Shown here piece after piece: positions 1-12,626 of a stretch of 64,000 nucleotides of DNA. Source of the DNA: Lingula anatina (lineage: Eukaryota; Animalia; Brachiopoda); contig CM120644.1 in assembly GCA_051362555.1 (NCBI GenBank), forward strand, positions 6,208,954 through 6,272,953, read 5' to 3'. The notes under the pieces were generated by a model. It had not been told where the DNA came from. It worked only from the letters and a program-made list of their open reading frames with translations, and searched no databases. Position numbers and translations under genes: made by a program. How positions within the stretch are numbered: position 1 is the stretch's first letter; every line of letters starts with the position of its first letter.

Positions 1-192
1 ACTATGAGTACATGTTTTATTATACACAAGGGGAATAGTTTTCAGTAACATAAATCTCATTTTCAGATTATTTTTTTAATGACTCTTATAGTCATGGCAA
101 TGTCTGATTAAATGTTTGTAATTTAAAAGCTGTTCTACAGGAACCCACAAGTTCAAAGATACAATGTTTTAACCATCTATTTGACATTACAG

Positions 193-276
193 AAGCAAAT
201 AGGCTGGAGAAACCCTTCCAGAAAGCTGCTGATCTTGAGCTCTGATTCTGGGGTTCATTTGGCAGGGGATGGCTAT
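193..276 (+). CDS. Integrin beta alternative exon A ([28 protein letters not shown])
   Basis: ttacag|...|gtatgt, 84 nt, phase 0/0, homologous to exon 839-922. Confidence 0.85.
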
Positions 277-2529
277 GTATGTGCAGCATAGATATCATAT
301 ATAAGTGTCCTTAGGCTGTGGGATATGAATGGGGTATAGGGTATAACTCTTAGATATAGAACACTGGAATAATTAAAACACTGACAAAGGAAGGTGAAAG
401 AAACTGATGAAGTTTGTGTCCAAAGATGTTCTATGGCCAGAGAGGTTCTGGCAGAAAGCCAGACCATTGTCTACACAAAAGGAAAAACTAGGAAAGACGC
501 ACATTCAGGAAGTAGGCAACTGTACAGACAGATTGATAGACAGAACTGACAAAGGGACAAAAAACTGTTTGACAGACAGACAGATAGACAAGATGGTTCT
601 GCTGTTAAGCAGACAGACATTAAGGCAGTCTCCTTCACAGAAGAAGTGGTTAAGAAGCCAGTGACAACACAAACAATACGTTTGACGTAAATTTGTTGAC
701 ACAATACAGACAGATTGACAAGAAGGAATGGACTTACGACTGCTCAGTAACCATGATAATCAGCCCCTGTGGTGGAGGCCAATGTCTCTTTATGATTATA
801 TTAGTCAGTGCACATAACTCTGTATGCTATATTTACAGGAAACCGTTGGGTGGCGGAGTCCGTCTCGTAGACTTCTGATCATGTCCACAGACTCTCCTTT
901 TCACTCTGCGGGTGACGGCAAGGTTAATACACTCACCAATAACTGACACAAAAGGTGTCTTCTTACCACAGTGTGTTCTCTCAGCAGTTTTTGTCTTAGA
1001 AAATGGGGAGGAAAAGGGGATTTTTTTTTTTTTTTTTAAATTATAAAATGAATAAAAAAGTGGTGGACTTGTTAAAAGTGGATGATGATACCCTCATTTT
1101 GCCATGTGCTGTAACATAGTTTTTGTTCAGTGCATTTATTTTATGTGTTTATTAAAATTGGCTAATGGTATTTCTTCAATTTAATGAAAACTACAAGATG
1201 GAGAATACATTTGAACTGCAGAGAGCACACAGTGCATTTATAATTTGATGTGATTTGCACGTGTTTCATTTCAAATATCTGTTGTTACCCCTCCCACCCC
1301 CCCTCTGACCCCCTCCCCCCCCCCACCCCCCACACTTCTTTACTAGTAATAAGTTCTCTATACTCAGTTTGCCATAGTCATAGATTTTGAGTTTTAATAG
1401 TCTTTGATCTTTATAAAAACAAGCAACATAACCTTTAATGTTCTACATGTAAAAGTACTTTTCAATTCAATTTGGGTCTGCCTAACCTAATGCACAAAGT
1501 CTTAACTGACCGTTTGATTACAAGTCCTAAACATAGTAATCCAAACTGACTGCAGGCAGCTTGCCTCAGTTACACTGGGGATAGCTGGGGCAACTGTGAA
1601 ACCAGATTGGTCATCTGTGGTGAGCTAACCATAATCAGTGCAGACATAAGTAAAGATTACCCAAGTTGGCGGGAAAAGCACCTTAAATGTGGTTCTTAAC
1701 TTAACAATTTACACCAACACTTTAACCTAGTGTAACTTAGTTAATACTAACATTGTATTTTAGTTGTGAACAATATTTTAAGTTTATTTTAAGTTCTTAA
1801 TACTTTTATGTTTTGTTTTGTTGTGTATTTAAGTTAATTTTTTGTTTAGATTACCAACCTTTTTATTTGACACATAAAAGTTTTGAGTGTGCTTTTCCAT
1901 TAATAATTCTTTTAAAGATTTCTAAATTCTCTCTTTCTTATATGAATGTTTGTGTTTTAGTAAAAGATATGAACATTATTTGGTGTTTAATTTGATTGAT
2001 TCAAAGGATGGTTTTTAAAGTAAATTCACAAAATATTGATTTTATCTTAAGTAATGATATCATTGCTGTTTTATTAAAAAGGAAAACATATACACTCATT
2101 CTGATTTTGATTTAAAAGTAATTCAAAAGTTAAGAAAAGGTAATGTGACCATTACTGTGGAAGCATGCATGTGAAAAGTATCTTTTGTCTGCATGATATT
2201 TAAGTAACCAAATGCTATAGGCAATAAATAATAATATATATGAGCCCTGATGATTTATACTCATCATTCAATACCTCTTCTTACAGTTGGCAGGCATAGT
2301 GAGGCCTAATGACTTAAACTGCCATATGGACGCTGATAACTATTACACAGAATCTCTGAACCAGGTGAGTTGTCTGGCACTGTGGCTTTATCTGAACTTT
2401 TACACAAGCACCCCTAGATGCAAGTGTGCACACGCTTCTAATATTACTGTGAGAGACTCTCACAATCACATACATATTGCTCAAATTTCACTCTCACTCT
2501 CTCTCACACACACACACACACACTGCCAA

Positions 2530-2585
<56 letters not shown>

Positions 2586-2641
2586 TCACACACACACACA
2601 CACACACACACACTGCCAATTTCTCTCTCTCTTTCTCTCAT

Positions 2642-2680
<39 letters not shown>

Positions 2681-2693
2681 CAATTTCTCTCTT

Positions 2694-2751
<58 letters not shown>

Positions 2752-2995
2752 TATCCACTGCTAATATTTCTCCATCTCTCTCTGTAGGACTATCCCTCCA
2801 TCAGCCAGGTCCGTGAAGTTCTCCAGAACAAGGATGTGGTGTTGATATTTGCTGTGACACAGAACCAGTTTAATGTGTACAAAGAGCTCAGTGACTTCTT
2901 CCCCAACTCTCTGACTGGAGAACTAAAGAATGACTCCAGCAATGTGGTACAGCTCATCAAGGAAGTTTACCAGGTGAAAAGAACTGTATTAATGT

Positions 2996-3026
<31 letters not shown>

Positions 3027-5575
3027 TATGATGATTATGAAGATGATGATGAAAGCTTATTTCTAAAAACTATGCAAGACAGACATTTTGTCTCTTTTAA
3101 CAAAAATTAATATAATCAATATAGCACACAAATATCTTCAGGTCGGCCAAAGCTGGGTTTAAATGACCAGTCACTTAGCACTAAATTGCATGTGAAATGA
3201 GAAATGGTAATTATATCTGTAATGGGGTAAATTAAGTGTAAATCTGTATCTTATTTTAGAACATTTCATCTCAAGTGGAGCTGAAAACAAATAGTACAGA
3301 AGGCATAAGTTTTAAATTCAGATCAGAATGCTTAGGGTGAGTCTTTGTTATATAAAAAAGTTTTTTTTTATCTTTTATACTCATGCACTTGGCTAAGTTG
3401 AAATAACACAATAACTTTGCTTTGCAGTTACGATCTGTAAATTATTAAATGGTAAATTTGCTTTTGTAACAGTTATTTTCATTTCAAGCAAGGCATTTAA
3501 TATAAAGTTACATAACACATGTTCATAGCACATTATTTTTTCAGGACCAAAAAGATGAACACAAACAAATGTTTAGGACTGAAAACTGGACAGAGTGTAA
3601 GAATTTTGATCTGTTGGTGAAATAACGGTCAACCTTATCATTTATAACAGCTGTAATACAATAATATTATAAAATCTTGGTTTGAATTAGAATACTCTTG
3701 TTTGTAATGACCAGTTCCTTAGATTACAGGGAAAAATTAAATGAGTATTTCTACTAAATAAGATGTTACAGTACCTAAAGCCTTTTCATATGATTACGCT
3801 CCATAGTTTTCACATGTGACTTTACTTGGACAGTGTTTAATTGTGATACAAAGTGCATATATAAAGTGCACATTTTTTTTTTTTTCAAGCTGAAGTAATA
3901 TCATGATTCAAACTGAGGTAATGTTATGATTGAGTTATTAATGATTAAACCCATCAGTTGACATGCTATATAATTCTCCACCAGGTGACCTTTGATGTGG
4001 AGATGACAGTAACACAGTGTCCAAAGGATCCCACACAGAAGAGCCGCGTGGTGGAAATCTCCCCTGGTGGTGGTTTGGGAGAGAAACTTGTCCTGAACTT
4101 GGAGTTCATGTGCGAGTGTGACTGCGAGCTCCCTGCCAATGAGGTATGTTCATGTTCATTTTTGCATTGAACATACCTTGCTTTTAACTTCAAGACAAAC
4201 TTACTTACTTTTTGGGGCCTTGAAATAAATAAGATGATTATGTTAGTCATTTGCAGTGATTTTCTGTGCATTACGGTCACTTCACAACAAGAGAAGCAGA
4301 TGAGCAATCAACTGAATAATGACATCACATAGTGTTTAACTGAGATCTCCTCTAATTGTAATTTGCATATTACATCAGAGAGGTCACTGGTGTTTAGCAG
4401 GCTCTGTTCTCTTTTAGGAACATCTAAATTAAATGCAGTTTTGGTCCTGGTTACACAATGACATAAAACACACAGGACACGCTCATTTTATATAATTTAA
4501 ATACATTATATATATATATTCCAGGTGCCATTAAGTCCCCTGTGTGAGGGTCAGGGTACATACCAGTGTGGTATATGTCAGTGTGACGGGGGGTTTGCAG
4601 GAAGACGCTGTGAGTGTGAGACAGACAAGGAGTCCACAGAGGCTCTGGATGCACAGTGTAGAAGGTAACAGGCACCTTGGTTACAATCTATATATCTGTC
4701 TGTCTGCTTGCCTGTACATAAGTACATCCATCCTTTTATTTAAGAGCACACTGGTGCAAAGTAGTAACTAAATGAGATTTAGTTTTGATTGTGGACTTGT
4801 GAAACTTTCTTCTAAACTTATTTCCAGGCGCACAGGCCCAATTCATACAGACAGTATTTTCTGCTCCAACAAAAGTCAGTGCATATATATGTGTGTGTGT
4901 GTGTTAACTTAGTTGTTATCACTTTTCCAGACCTAATTCTACAGACCTCACCATCTGCTCTAACAAAGGCCAGTGTATATGTGGGGCGTGTACTTGTTTA
5001 CCAGATTACCGCGGACCCTTGTGTGAGTGCAATGACTTCAGCTGTGATAATTTTGAGGATCAGTTGTGTGGTGGTGAGTATTTTGGGATCTTTTTTTGGT
5101 CAGATTACCGATTTTTATCCAAATATTTGATCAATTTAAAAATTGCTTACAGATTGACCAAAGCATCATTGGGAAAGTATATTATGTATGAATGCAAAGC
5201 ACCAATGCTTACTTTTCATTTGAAAATTTATGGTTAAATCAATGTGAATATCTTTTGATTTCCATGTAAAATGTGATGAATGCCTTCATATGAAAACACC
5301 AGCTATCACTACTGTAACTGTAACATGACATAATTATGTTGCCTAAGACAAAAATGTATGCATAAATTTATCATAGATCTGTATCGAGAATATGAATTAT
5401 TATGATTATGCTGAAACTTATCTTCATACCTGTATAATATGAATATTTCTGTATTCAGGACCTACCAGAGGCACCTGTGTATGTGGCAAGTGTGTGTGTA
5501 ATGAAGGTTACAGTGGCAATGCCTGTAGCTGTCCAGAAAGTAAAGAGAACTGTATAGCCTCTAGTGGGGTAAGTG

Positions 5576-5613
<38 letters not shown>

Positions 5614-7169
5614 AAGGTGTGTAATGAAAGTTATCTGTGTGATACTGCCATATTATAACCCTGTGTGATGGTGACATTTTGTCCTCTCTGTTCCAGGAGT
5701 GTAATGGCTATGAGGTGTGAGTGTGTGCGGAGTCTGTTTAAAATCCAGTACAGCTAAGATGTCATATATGAAATATATTATAACCCTGTGTGATGCTGAT
5801 ATTGTTTTCTCTCTATATTCCAGGAAGAGTGTAATGGCTATGGACAGTGTGTATGTGTGTGTGGAGTCTAGTTATATACCAGTACAGCTAAGATGTTATA
5901 TATGATTTCCCTGTGTGATGCTGATATTTTCTTCTCTCTCTTCCAGGAAGAGTGTAATGGCTATGGACAGTGTGTGTGTGGTGTATGTCAGTGTAGACTG
6001 GAGTCAGGACACTCTGGTCCCACATGTGAGGACTGCCCTGTGAGTATTATTATTAGTAGTAGTAGTAGTAGTAGTCATAGTAGTAGCAGTAGTAGTAGTT
6101 GTGGTGGTATCTCTGCTACATATTAAATTTTTTCAGTGATAGATAATAAGATGGATGCTACACTTAATGTATGATTAAATGTTGTCTTAAAAGTTGTCAT
6201 TTGCAGTCGTCATTCCTTAGGGATGCCTGCTGTACACTGTGTGTCCAAAATATAGCATTCAGTTTCAGAGACTTTATAACTTAAATGTAGAACACTACTT
6301 TAGACATATCGAGGATTATGTGAGGAATGTATATAATATAATATAATATATAACCATCATGTATTGCACTTCTGTAATATTTCAGACACGTCCAGTACTA
6401 TGTGAAGAAACCAAACTATGTGTCCATTGTACAGCATTTCGTTCTGGAGACAATATTTAACATTGTATGACATAAAACTATCATCTATAACTCTACTGGA
6501 CCTTTATATTTCAGACATGTCCAGGGTTATGTGAGGAAATCAAGCTGTACATTCAATGTGCAGCATTCAATTCTGGAGACTATGTAATAACATATAACAT
6601 ATAACTATCATCTGTAACACTTCTATAATATTTCAGACATGTCCAGGACTATGTGAAGAAACCAAGCTGTGTGTCCAGTGTACAGCATTCAATTCTGGAG
6701 AATACTCCCCAGAGTACTGCAAGGCTAACTGTACCAACATAGAGATGGTCCCAGATGTGCAGAGTGAGTGGCTAAGTTGTGATGATTTATTTTCTAACTA
6801 AGGGAGATAACACTGCAGCCAATTGTGAAATAGACTGTGGCCTAGTTTTTTTTATCCGTATAGAGACATTTTGTATCATAGTGATGGTTTCACTTAAATC
6901 AGTGTTAAACTTACTGAACTGTGCAGATAATTATTTTACAACTAGAGAAAAGACAACACTTACAGAAATGAACCACATGTTACATACCCCAAATATTACT
7001 AAGAAATGGAGATTGAAGATAAATGTTTTTTCTCCCCGTATATCTTATTATGAGTATCATGCACATTCACTGAGCTTTATCACCCAGTGGCACACTGCAG
7101 GTGGATAGAGTCCTGTATTGTACAATCAGATGTGGAATAACCAAGTTTTTTTGAGGCATTGGGTGTTTT

Positions 7170-7208
<39 letters not shown>

Positions 7209-8886
7209 TTTTAAAGAGGAATCATATGTAGGTTTGTTTTCTTTCTTCAGAGTACAGTGATGAGAAGATAAAATTCTGCCAGTTCAAAGATGATGATGAC
7301 TGTGAATTTTACTACAACTATGAGTATGTCGGCAACAAGAAGAATATCTACATCAAAGTACAACAAACGAAAGGTTGGTTTTAAAATGGATCTTTGAATT
7401 GGTAGTTGTGAATTATTTTGATGCATGCAGTATTTAAAAGTGACATAGAAAAATAATTTTATTACCTTCAGAATAAATTGATGAAATAAAAAAGCAGAAG
7501 AAAAAATATTTTAAGAAAATAAAAGTATAATGAAAATTTTAAAAAGCAAACAAAATACTTAGAAAAAAATGAGTCATGACTATGTATGATAATTATGTGT
7601 GTGTGTGTGTGTGTGGTAGGATGCCAGTTTATCAAACATAAAGCACACTTTTAAGGTAAATTCTTATTTATAGTCTAACTTCACAACAGACTATCTACTA
7701 TCTTCATTCAATTTTATTTTCAATTTTATTATTAAAAAAAACTCCACCATTGCTCTCACATGAATCTATTTCTATTGGTATTCTATTCTATTAGTAATAG
7801 CAGAATTTGTAAAGACTGCTGTTAAAATACATAGTTCACCTGAGATCTAGTATATCACAGCCACTTATTGTCAACAATGCTGTGAATAGCTTAATTAATT
7901 AATATTATAGCATAATTTGCATTAACACATGTATAATTTAACATACTACATATGTAAACATATATAATTGTATATCCATATACATATTGTGTAAATATTG
8001 TAGTCTAGAGAGCCTACAAATGTATTCACATCATTTAGTGCTCAATAAACTTATTATTATTATTATTTCCAGCCTGCCCTGCCCAGGCCAATGTATTAGC
8101 CATAGTACTGGGAGTGATAGCAGGGATTGTAGCCATAGGGCTGGCTATACTGCTGATCTGGAAGATACTTACCACCATTAACTTCACATTAATCTATTTC
8201 CAGCCTGTCCTGCCCAGGCCAATGTATTAGCCATAGTACTGGGGGTGATAGCAGGGATTGTAGCCATAGGACTGGCTATACTGCTGATCTGGAAGATACT
8301 CACCACCATTAATGACAGGAGAGAGTTCGCCAAGTTTGAGAAGGAGAGAGAGCAGGCGAAATGGGATACTGTAAGTTGAAGAAAATGCTCTTAAAGTAGA
8401 AGAAAACTGAACTGTTTTTCTCCAAAGTTGAATTAAATTTATGGTTTATTTAACAACTGCTAAGCTCAGAGTTATTTTCAGCGTGTTATTTTTGTTATTC
8501 TAGTATTTGAATGCATAACACAGCTGATAAAATTGTTTACTTCAGTTTACAGTGCACAGCTTTTAGTAAGAGATGTTTCACTTGTGATGTATTGAATATT
8601 TATATAATTTTGTAATTTTCAGCAACTTTTTTTTACAGTTTTTGGTTTAATTGGTTCCAATCATGGTGATATAATACATTGAATCAGCTCTGTTAAATAA
8701 ATGACATATATTTAAATATTTCCCTAAATTCAGTTGAATGGTGAATTATGATAATCATTTTATTTTTAGTATTATAATCAGTGGCTTAATTTTTGTAATT
8801 TTTTCCTCTTTTAGGCTGAAAATCCCATCTTCAAACAAGCCACTTCCACATTCAAGAACCCCACATATGAGGGACAGAAAAGCTGA
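193..8886 (+). CDS. Integrin beta subunit (beta-1/betaPS-like), 3' part; 5' exons lie upstream of the window
   Basis: Phase-consistent GT-AG exons: (193-276 or 839-922), 2287-2364, 2788-2973, 3260-3336, 3545-3596, 3985-4143, 4525-4664, 4931-5073, 5459-5568, 5947-6039, 6637-6763, 7251-7373, 8204-8370, 8815-8886. They encode I-like domain motifs ([31 protein letters not shown]; DYPSISQV), Cys-rich I-EGF repeats, a TM helix ([24 protein letters not shown]) and the tail [39 protein letters not shown]. Confidence 0.97.
839..922 (+). CDS. Integrin beta alternative exon B ([28 protein letters not shown])
   Basis: ttacag|...|gttaat, 84 nt, phase 0/0, canonical integrin TD..FH.AGDGK motif. Confidence 0.92.
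2490..2750. repeat. Compound (CT)n/(CA)n microsatellite with a repeated CTGCCAATTT spacer
   Basis: Directly visible; three cycles of (CA)n-ctgccaattt-(CT)n. Confidence 0.95.
5650..5990 (+). repeat. ~125-bp tandem duplication spanning an integrin splice acceptor (copies at 5697, 5824, functional 5947)
   Basis: Repeated 'ccctgtgtgatg(g/c)tga...ttccagg(aag)agtgtaatggctatg'. Confidence 0.9.
6290..6700 (+). repeat. Tandem duplication spanning an integrin splice acceptor (copies at 6304, 6386, 6515, functional 6637)
   Basis: Repeated 'tttcagaca(t/c)gtccag...tatgtga(a/g)gaaa'; the copies at 6386 and 6515 end in stop codons. Confidence 0.9.
8073..8203 (+). other. Upstream duplicate of the integrin transmembrane exon with its own acceptor
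   Basis: tttccag|cctgccctgcccaggcc..., 131 nt upstream of the main copy at 8204; same amino acid sequence up to ILTTIN. Confidence 0.9.
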
Positions 8887-11800
8887 GCTAAGAGACCAAG
8901 ATAAAAAAATTACCAGAGACGCAAAGTAAATTGTAGTAATTCCAGGAGAAAGTGCCATGTGTCGAGGAAAGGGAGTGATATTTATTGACATTGTTGCACT
9001 ATCCTGTAGAAAATGCACTTGTTGGTATTGTGGTAGGATAAAACAAGAGCCTTTTTTTTTTTTTTTGCAAAATGTTAAAATTTAGTCATTTTGGCTGCTC
9101 AGAAAGTGAAGATGTCTCAGTTTTGCTACAGTTCATCATTGATTGGGTGTAATATTAGTTATTTTGGTTAAAAATACTACGTACGTACTAAGCATGACTT
9201 AGGTGCTGTATGGCTGTGTTGTGCATATTATACATATATCATGTATATGCGTTATGTGCATTGATTCACATGTGCATATAATGCTGAATTTCTTGATGGT
9301 GACACAGTTCTGGGACAAATAAGCAGCAGTCCTGAATACCTTTTTAGTGCATTTATTTATTTATATATTTATTTATTTATTTATTTATTTATTTATTCAA
9401 AAATTAAATGATAGTAATGTATCGTGTGTCTGAGAAAAAAGAAATTTAGAAAATGGATGGATACAAAATTCAGATCACAGTCAACATTGAAAAAGTTTCA
9501 AGAAGTTTCAAGTGACCAGTTGCCAAAGATTTGTGACACTGAGGTTCTGTGACTCTGGCAGTGAATAGGGGAGATTATTTTCTGGCATTTTTATTTGAAT
9601 TTTTGTTGCATTTAGATTATTTTCAAGTCCGTGAACTTAGCAATGAATTGAATTTTTAAGTGGCCAGTCACAAGTATAAGGTAAAGAAAAAAATCAGAAA
9701 GGTCAGGATTAGTGAACTTCATTATGTACCCTATTCTTATTTAGATTGTTATCATTATACTGGAAACCATGGGTTCAGTTGATGATTTTATCAGTTGTAT
9801 GGGATTTTATTTGTAAATGCTGCTGAATTATATATTATTATCTCACTGTTGAAACTGCCTTTTAGGATACAAACTATATAATTGTAACATATGCCAAAAA
9901 GTGGGTCTGTGTAAATAGAACAGTCTCAGTGCTTTTTAGTTACTTGTAATTAATATGTTTGTATTACCTGTGTATCTTATTGATCAAAGTGAAAAATCAT
10001 AGCCTAGATAATCATTTAGATGAAGTCATATGAGTAACATGTAATATGTAGAGAATGAGATTCTACATGTATGTCCTAAGTTTCTTTTCTCTGTGTAGAT
10101 TTTGTAGTCACAGTTGAGTTAATATCAGATGAAATGACATGATATTATAACAGACATTGCTGAAAAAGGCATTAAATTAGGCCTTGTATTAGATTTATTT
10201 ACAATGTACTGTGACCTACACAATGTGCAATTGACACGTTGCTTATCACTATGTATACTGTTGGTAGGTTAAGCTGAATTTTTATAATGCTGAAAGCTTT
10301 AATTGTATCAATAGCTGTGTGGTATCCCATGTATTTATAGCCCAGATTGTGCTTTAAAATGGACAAATGTGAAAAAGAATTCTTATTGTAAGTATCATTT
10401 GACTTGTATTTAAGTAAGGATGAAACTGTTGCTTAAATTTGCTTTCTATCATGTTGTTCAATTTTTGGAATCTTTCAACCAACCACAAATCAAGAGGTTT
10501 AAGTGATGAAAATGGTTAATAGTAGAAGTGTGCATGACATTATGAAACAAATTTTAAAGAAGTTTTGGGTATTTATATCTTGGTGTTTTGCTAACATAAA
10601 ATAGAACACAGCCTAGAATTGTGTTGGCAGCAATTCACCTATAAAACTTTGCATTGAAGACTTTGAGGTCCGTTCTCAGTGTAACTGCCAGTAAGTAACT
10701 TTTACAGTGCATTTAAACTGCCATCTTATTATTTACATTGCTTTGTATTTAAATATTCGTGCTTGCCTCAGGTCCTGAAATAAAGAAATATGAACATTTT
10801 TAGGAAAAGGAAAGTTGCATAGTAAGTATTGCAAGTTAAATTCAAATACCCGAGTTTGGAGAGGTTTAAGAGAGTAAATTAATCCTTCAAAAGAGCAACA
10901 GTCCCGTTCTAATATTTTTGTTATCTTATTATTCAATAAGGAGCAAGAAGAAACCTATAAAAATCTAAGACTTAGAGACCATCCTGTTAAATTTCCTTTA
11001 CTTATTTGTTCAGTTCTTCATACATAAAAATTAAACTTTGAGGTGTACTAACAAAGGTACTTATAGTCTGTTCATGGTCAAGTCTTGGGTCTCTAGTATG
11101 GAGGTGTCTGGTTACTAACTGGATGCAGGCACTTTCTATCACATATAACTGCCTTTTTGCATTTTCCTTATTTTATTAAGAAAATGTATATGATTTAATA
11201 TTGTGCTGCAATTCAAGTGCCCTTTCAACACATTTGTAAGGACTGGATGTTAAATTAAAATTATTCCATTCACTATATGTTTTAGAAACACAGTTTATTA
11301 TGCAGAGAAATGTGCGAGTGAGCAGTTGTAGATGATTTAATTAAGTCCACATTAAAAATGTTGCATTTGCTTTGCTATTTATATACATAGCAAAATGTAG
11401 TGAAGGATATAGACTGGACCTGTAGAGGTTAGATCTGTATTTATGGACCCAAAAAATATGTATTAGAATCTAAATGTTCTGTGTTCTGGTTTACATTATA
11501 TGACCCAACTTTTTATCTATAAAATACTTTTTCTTTTGTGTAAACTAATAACATTTTGCATATTTAAAAACTTCCTGTAGGAATCTTTTTCAACCCATTG
11601 TAATTCCTCATTTTATTTTCCCTTATTTTTCATTCCATATATGTGTAGTGCATATGAATTATTATTTTTTGTACACATACGCAAGCAAGGAATTTGCGAA
11701 ATGCTGTAACAAAATGTATCATGATTTGTAGTTTATCTTTTTTGTTGCATTTGTCCAAAATTTGAATTTATTTTAATTAAAATTTCTCATCTGTGCTCAG

Positions 11801-12006
11801 TATGGCTATTATACTGATTACAGATGCATTGGTAATCCAATTAAAATTTTTTCGGAAAACAAGACTCGGTACTAACAGTGAGTAGTCCTTTTATGGTTTC
11901 ACAGTTATATCATTTTAATTAAGAAATTATAGAAATTGAAAAATCATTTCTCATTATATGCTTTTTTTCATAGGTCACAATTATAATATCATGTAAACTA
12001 ATATTC

Positions 12007-12041
12007 AATAAAACAACTTTTCTTTACAAGCTGGTTTTATT
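12007..12041. terminator. Facing polyadenylation signals: AATAAA (+, 12007-12012) and AATAAA (-, 12036-12041)
   Basis: Canonical hexamers between the convergent integrin and SMARCAL1 stop codons; whether they are used is inferred. Confidence 0.45.
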
Positions 12042-12377
12042 TTGACTTCTGTCCAGTAAATTTGACTTTTTATCTCTCTTTTGTGGATGATTGTTGGAAA
12101 CAAAGTTGTAAAGTAATGAATATCAACACAAGCAGAATGTAGCTAAACAAGTAATAAAGCAGATCCAGATATTTTCTGACAGTTTTCCCAATTATCTTTG
12201 TTTATCCAGCCTCCATTTTGCTGTCAATGTAAACTTAATAACCTAACTTTGATCGTCATATGTTCGCCCCTGTAAAGTTTAACTAAACAATCAAATTTTA
12301 AACATTGTACTCTTCAGTAACATGCCAACAAATTGGAATATGGCACCATGGTTCACATCCTGACACTGGTACCAAGT

Positions 12378-12378
<1 letters not shown>

Positions 12379-12419
<41 letters not shown>
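12379..12419. repeat. 41-nt poly-C run (poly-G on the SMARCAL1 sense strand, 3' UTR)
   Basis: Directly visible homopolymer. Confidence 0.9.
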
Positions 12420-12420
<1 letters not shown>

Positions 12421-12626
12421 AGTTCCAGAGGAGACAAGGAAACCCATTCCATGCCAACGTTTGTGCTCACATCTCTGCCCTCCTTGAATACTCCAAAGGA
12501 CCCTGTTATCTTTCAGTTAACATACAGATATGTCGCCAGCCTCCTTTATTACACTGCATCATTAATGTGATATTTTCAAGACCCATCTGCCCTATTTCCT
12601 GGTTCTGTCCTTTGGCTGCCAGTTGT

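Noticed and set aside
407-720. 85-aa ORF or a third alternative integrin exon between exons A and B
   Set aside because: Degenerate GACA repeat; no GWR/GDG homology and no matching 84-nt exon.
2287-2787. 166-aa and 95-aa His/Thr/Ser/Leu-rich ORFs
   Set aside because: Read-through of a real integrin exon into (CA)/(CT) microsatellites. Similar microsatellite-derived ORFs occur near 44300-44800, 54668-55069 and 57015-57242.
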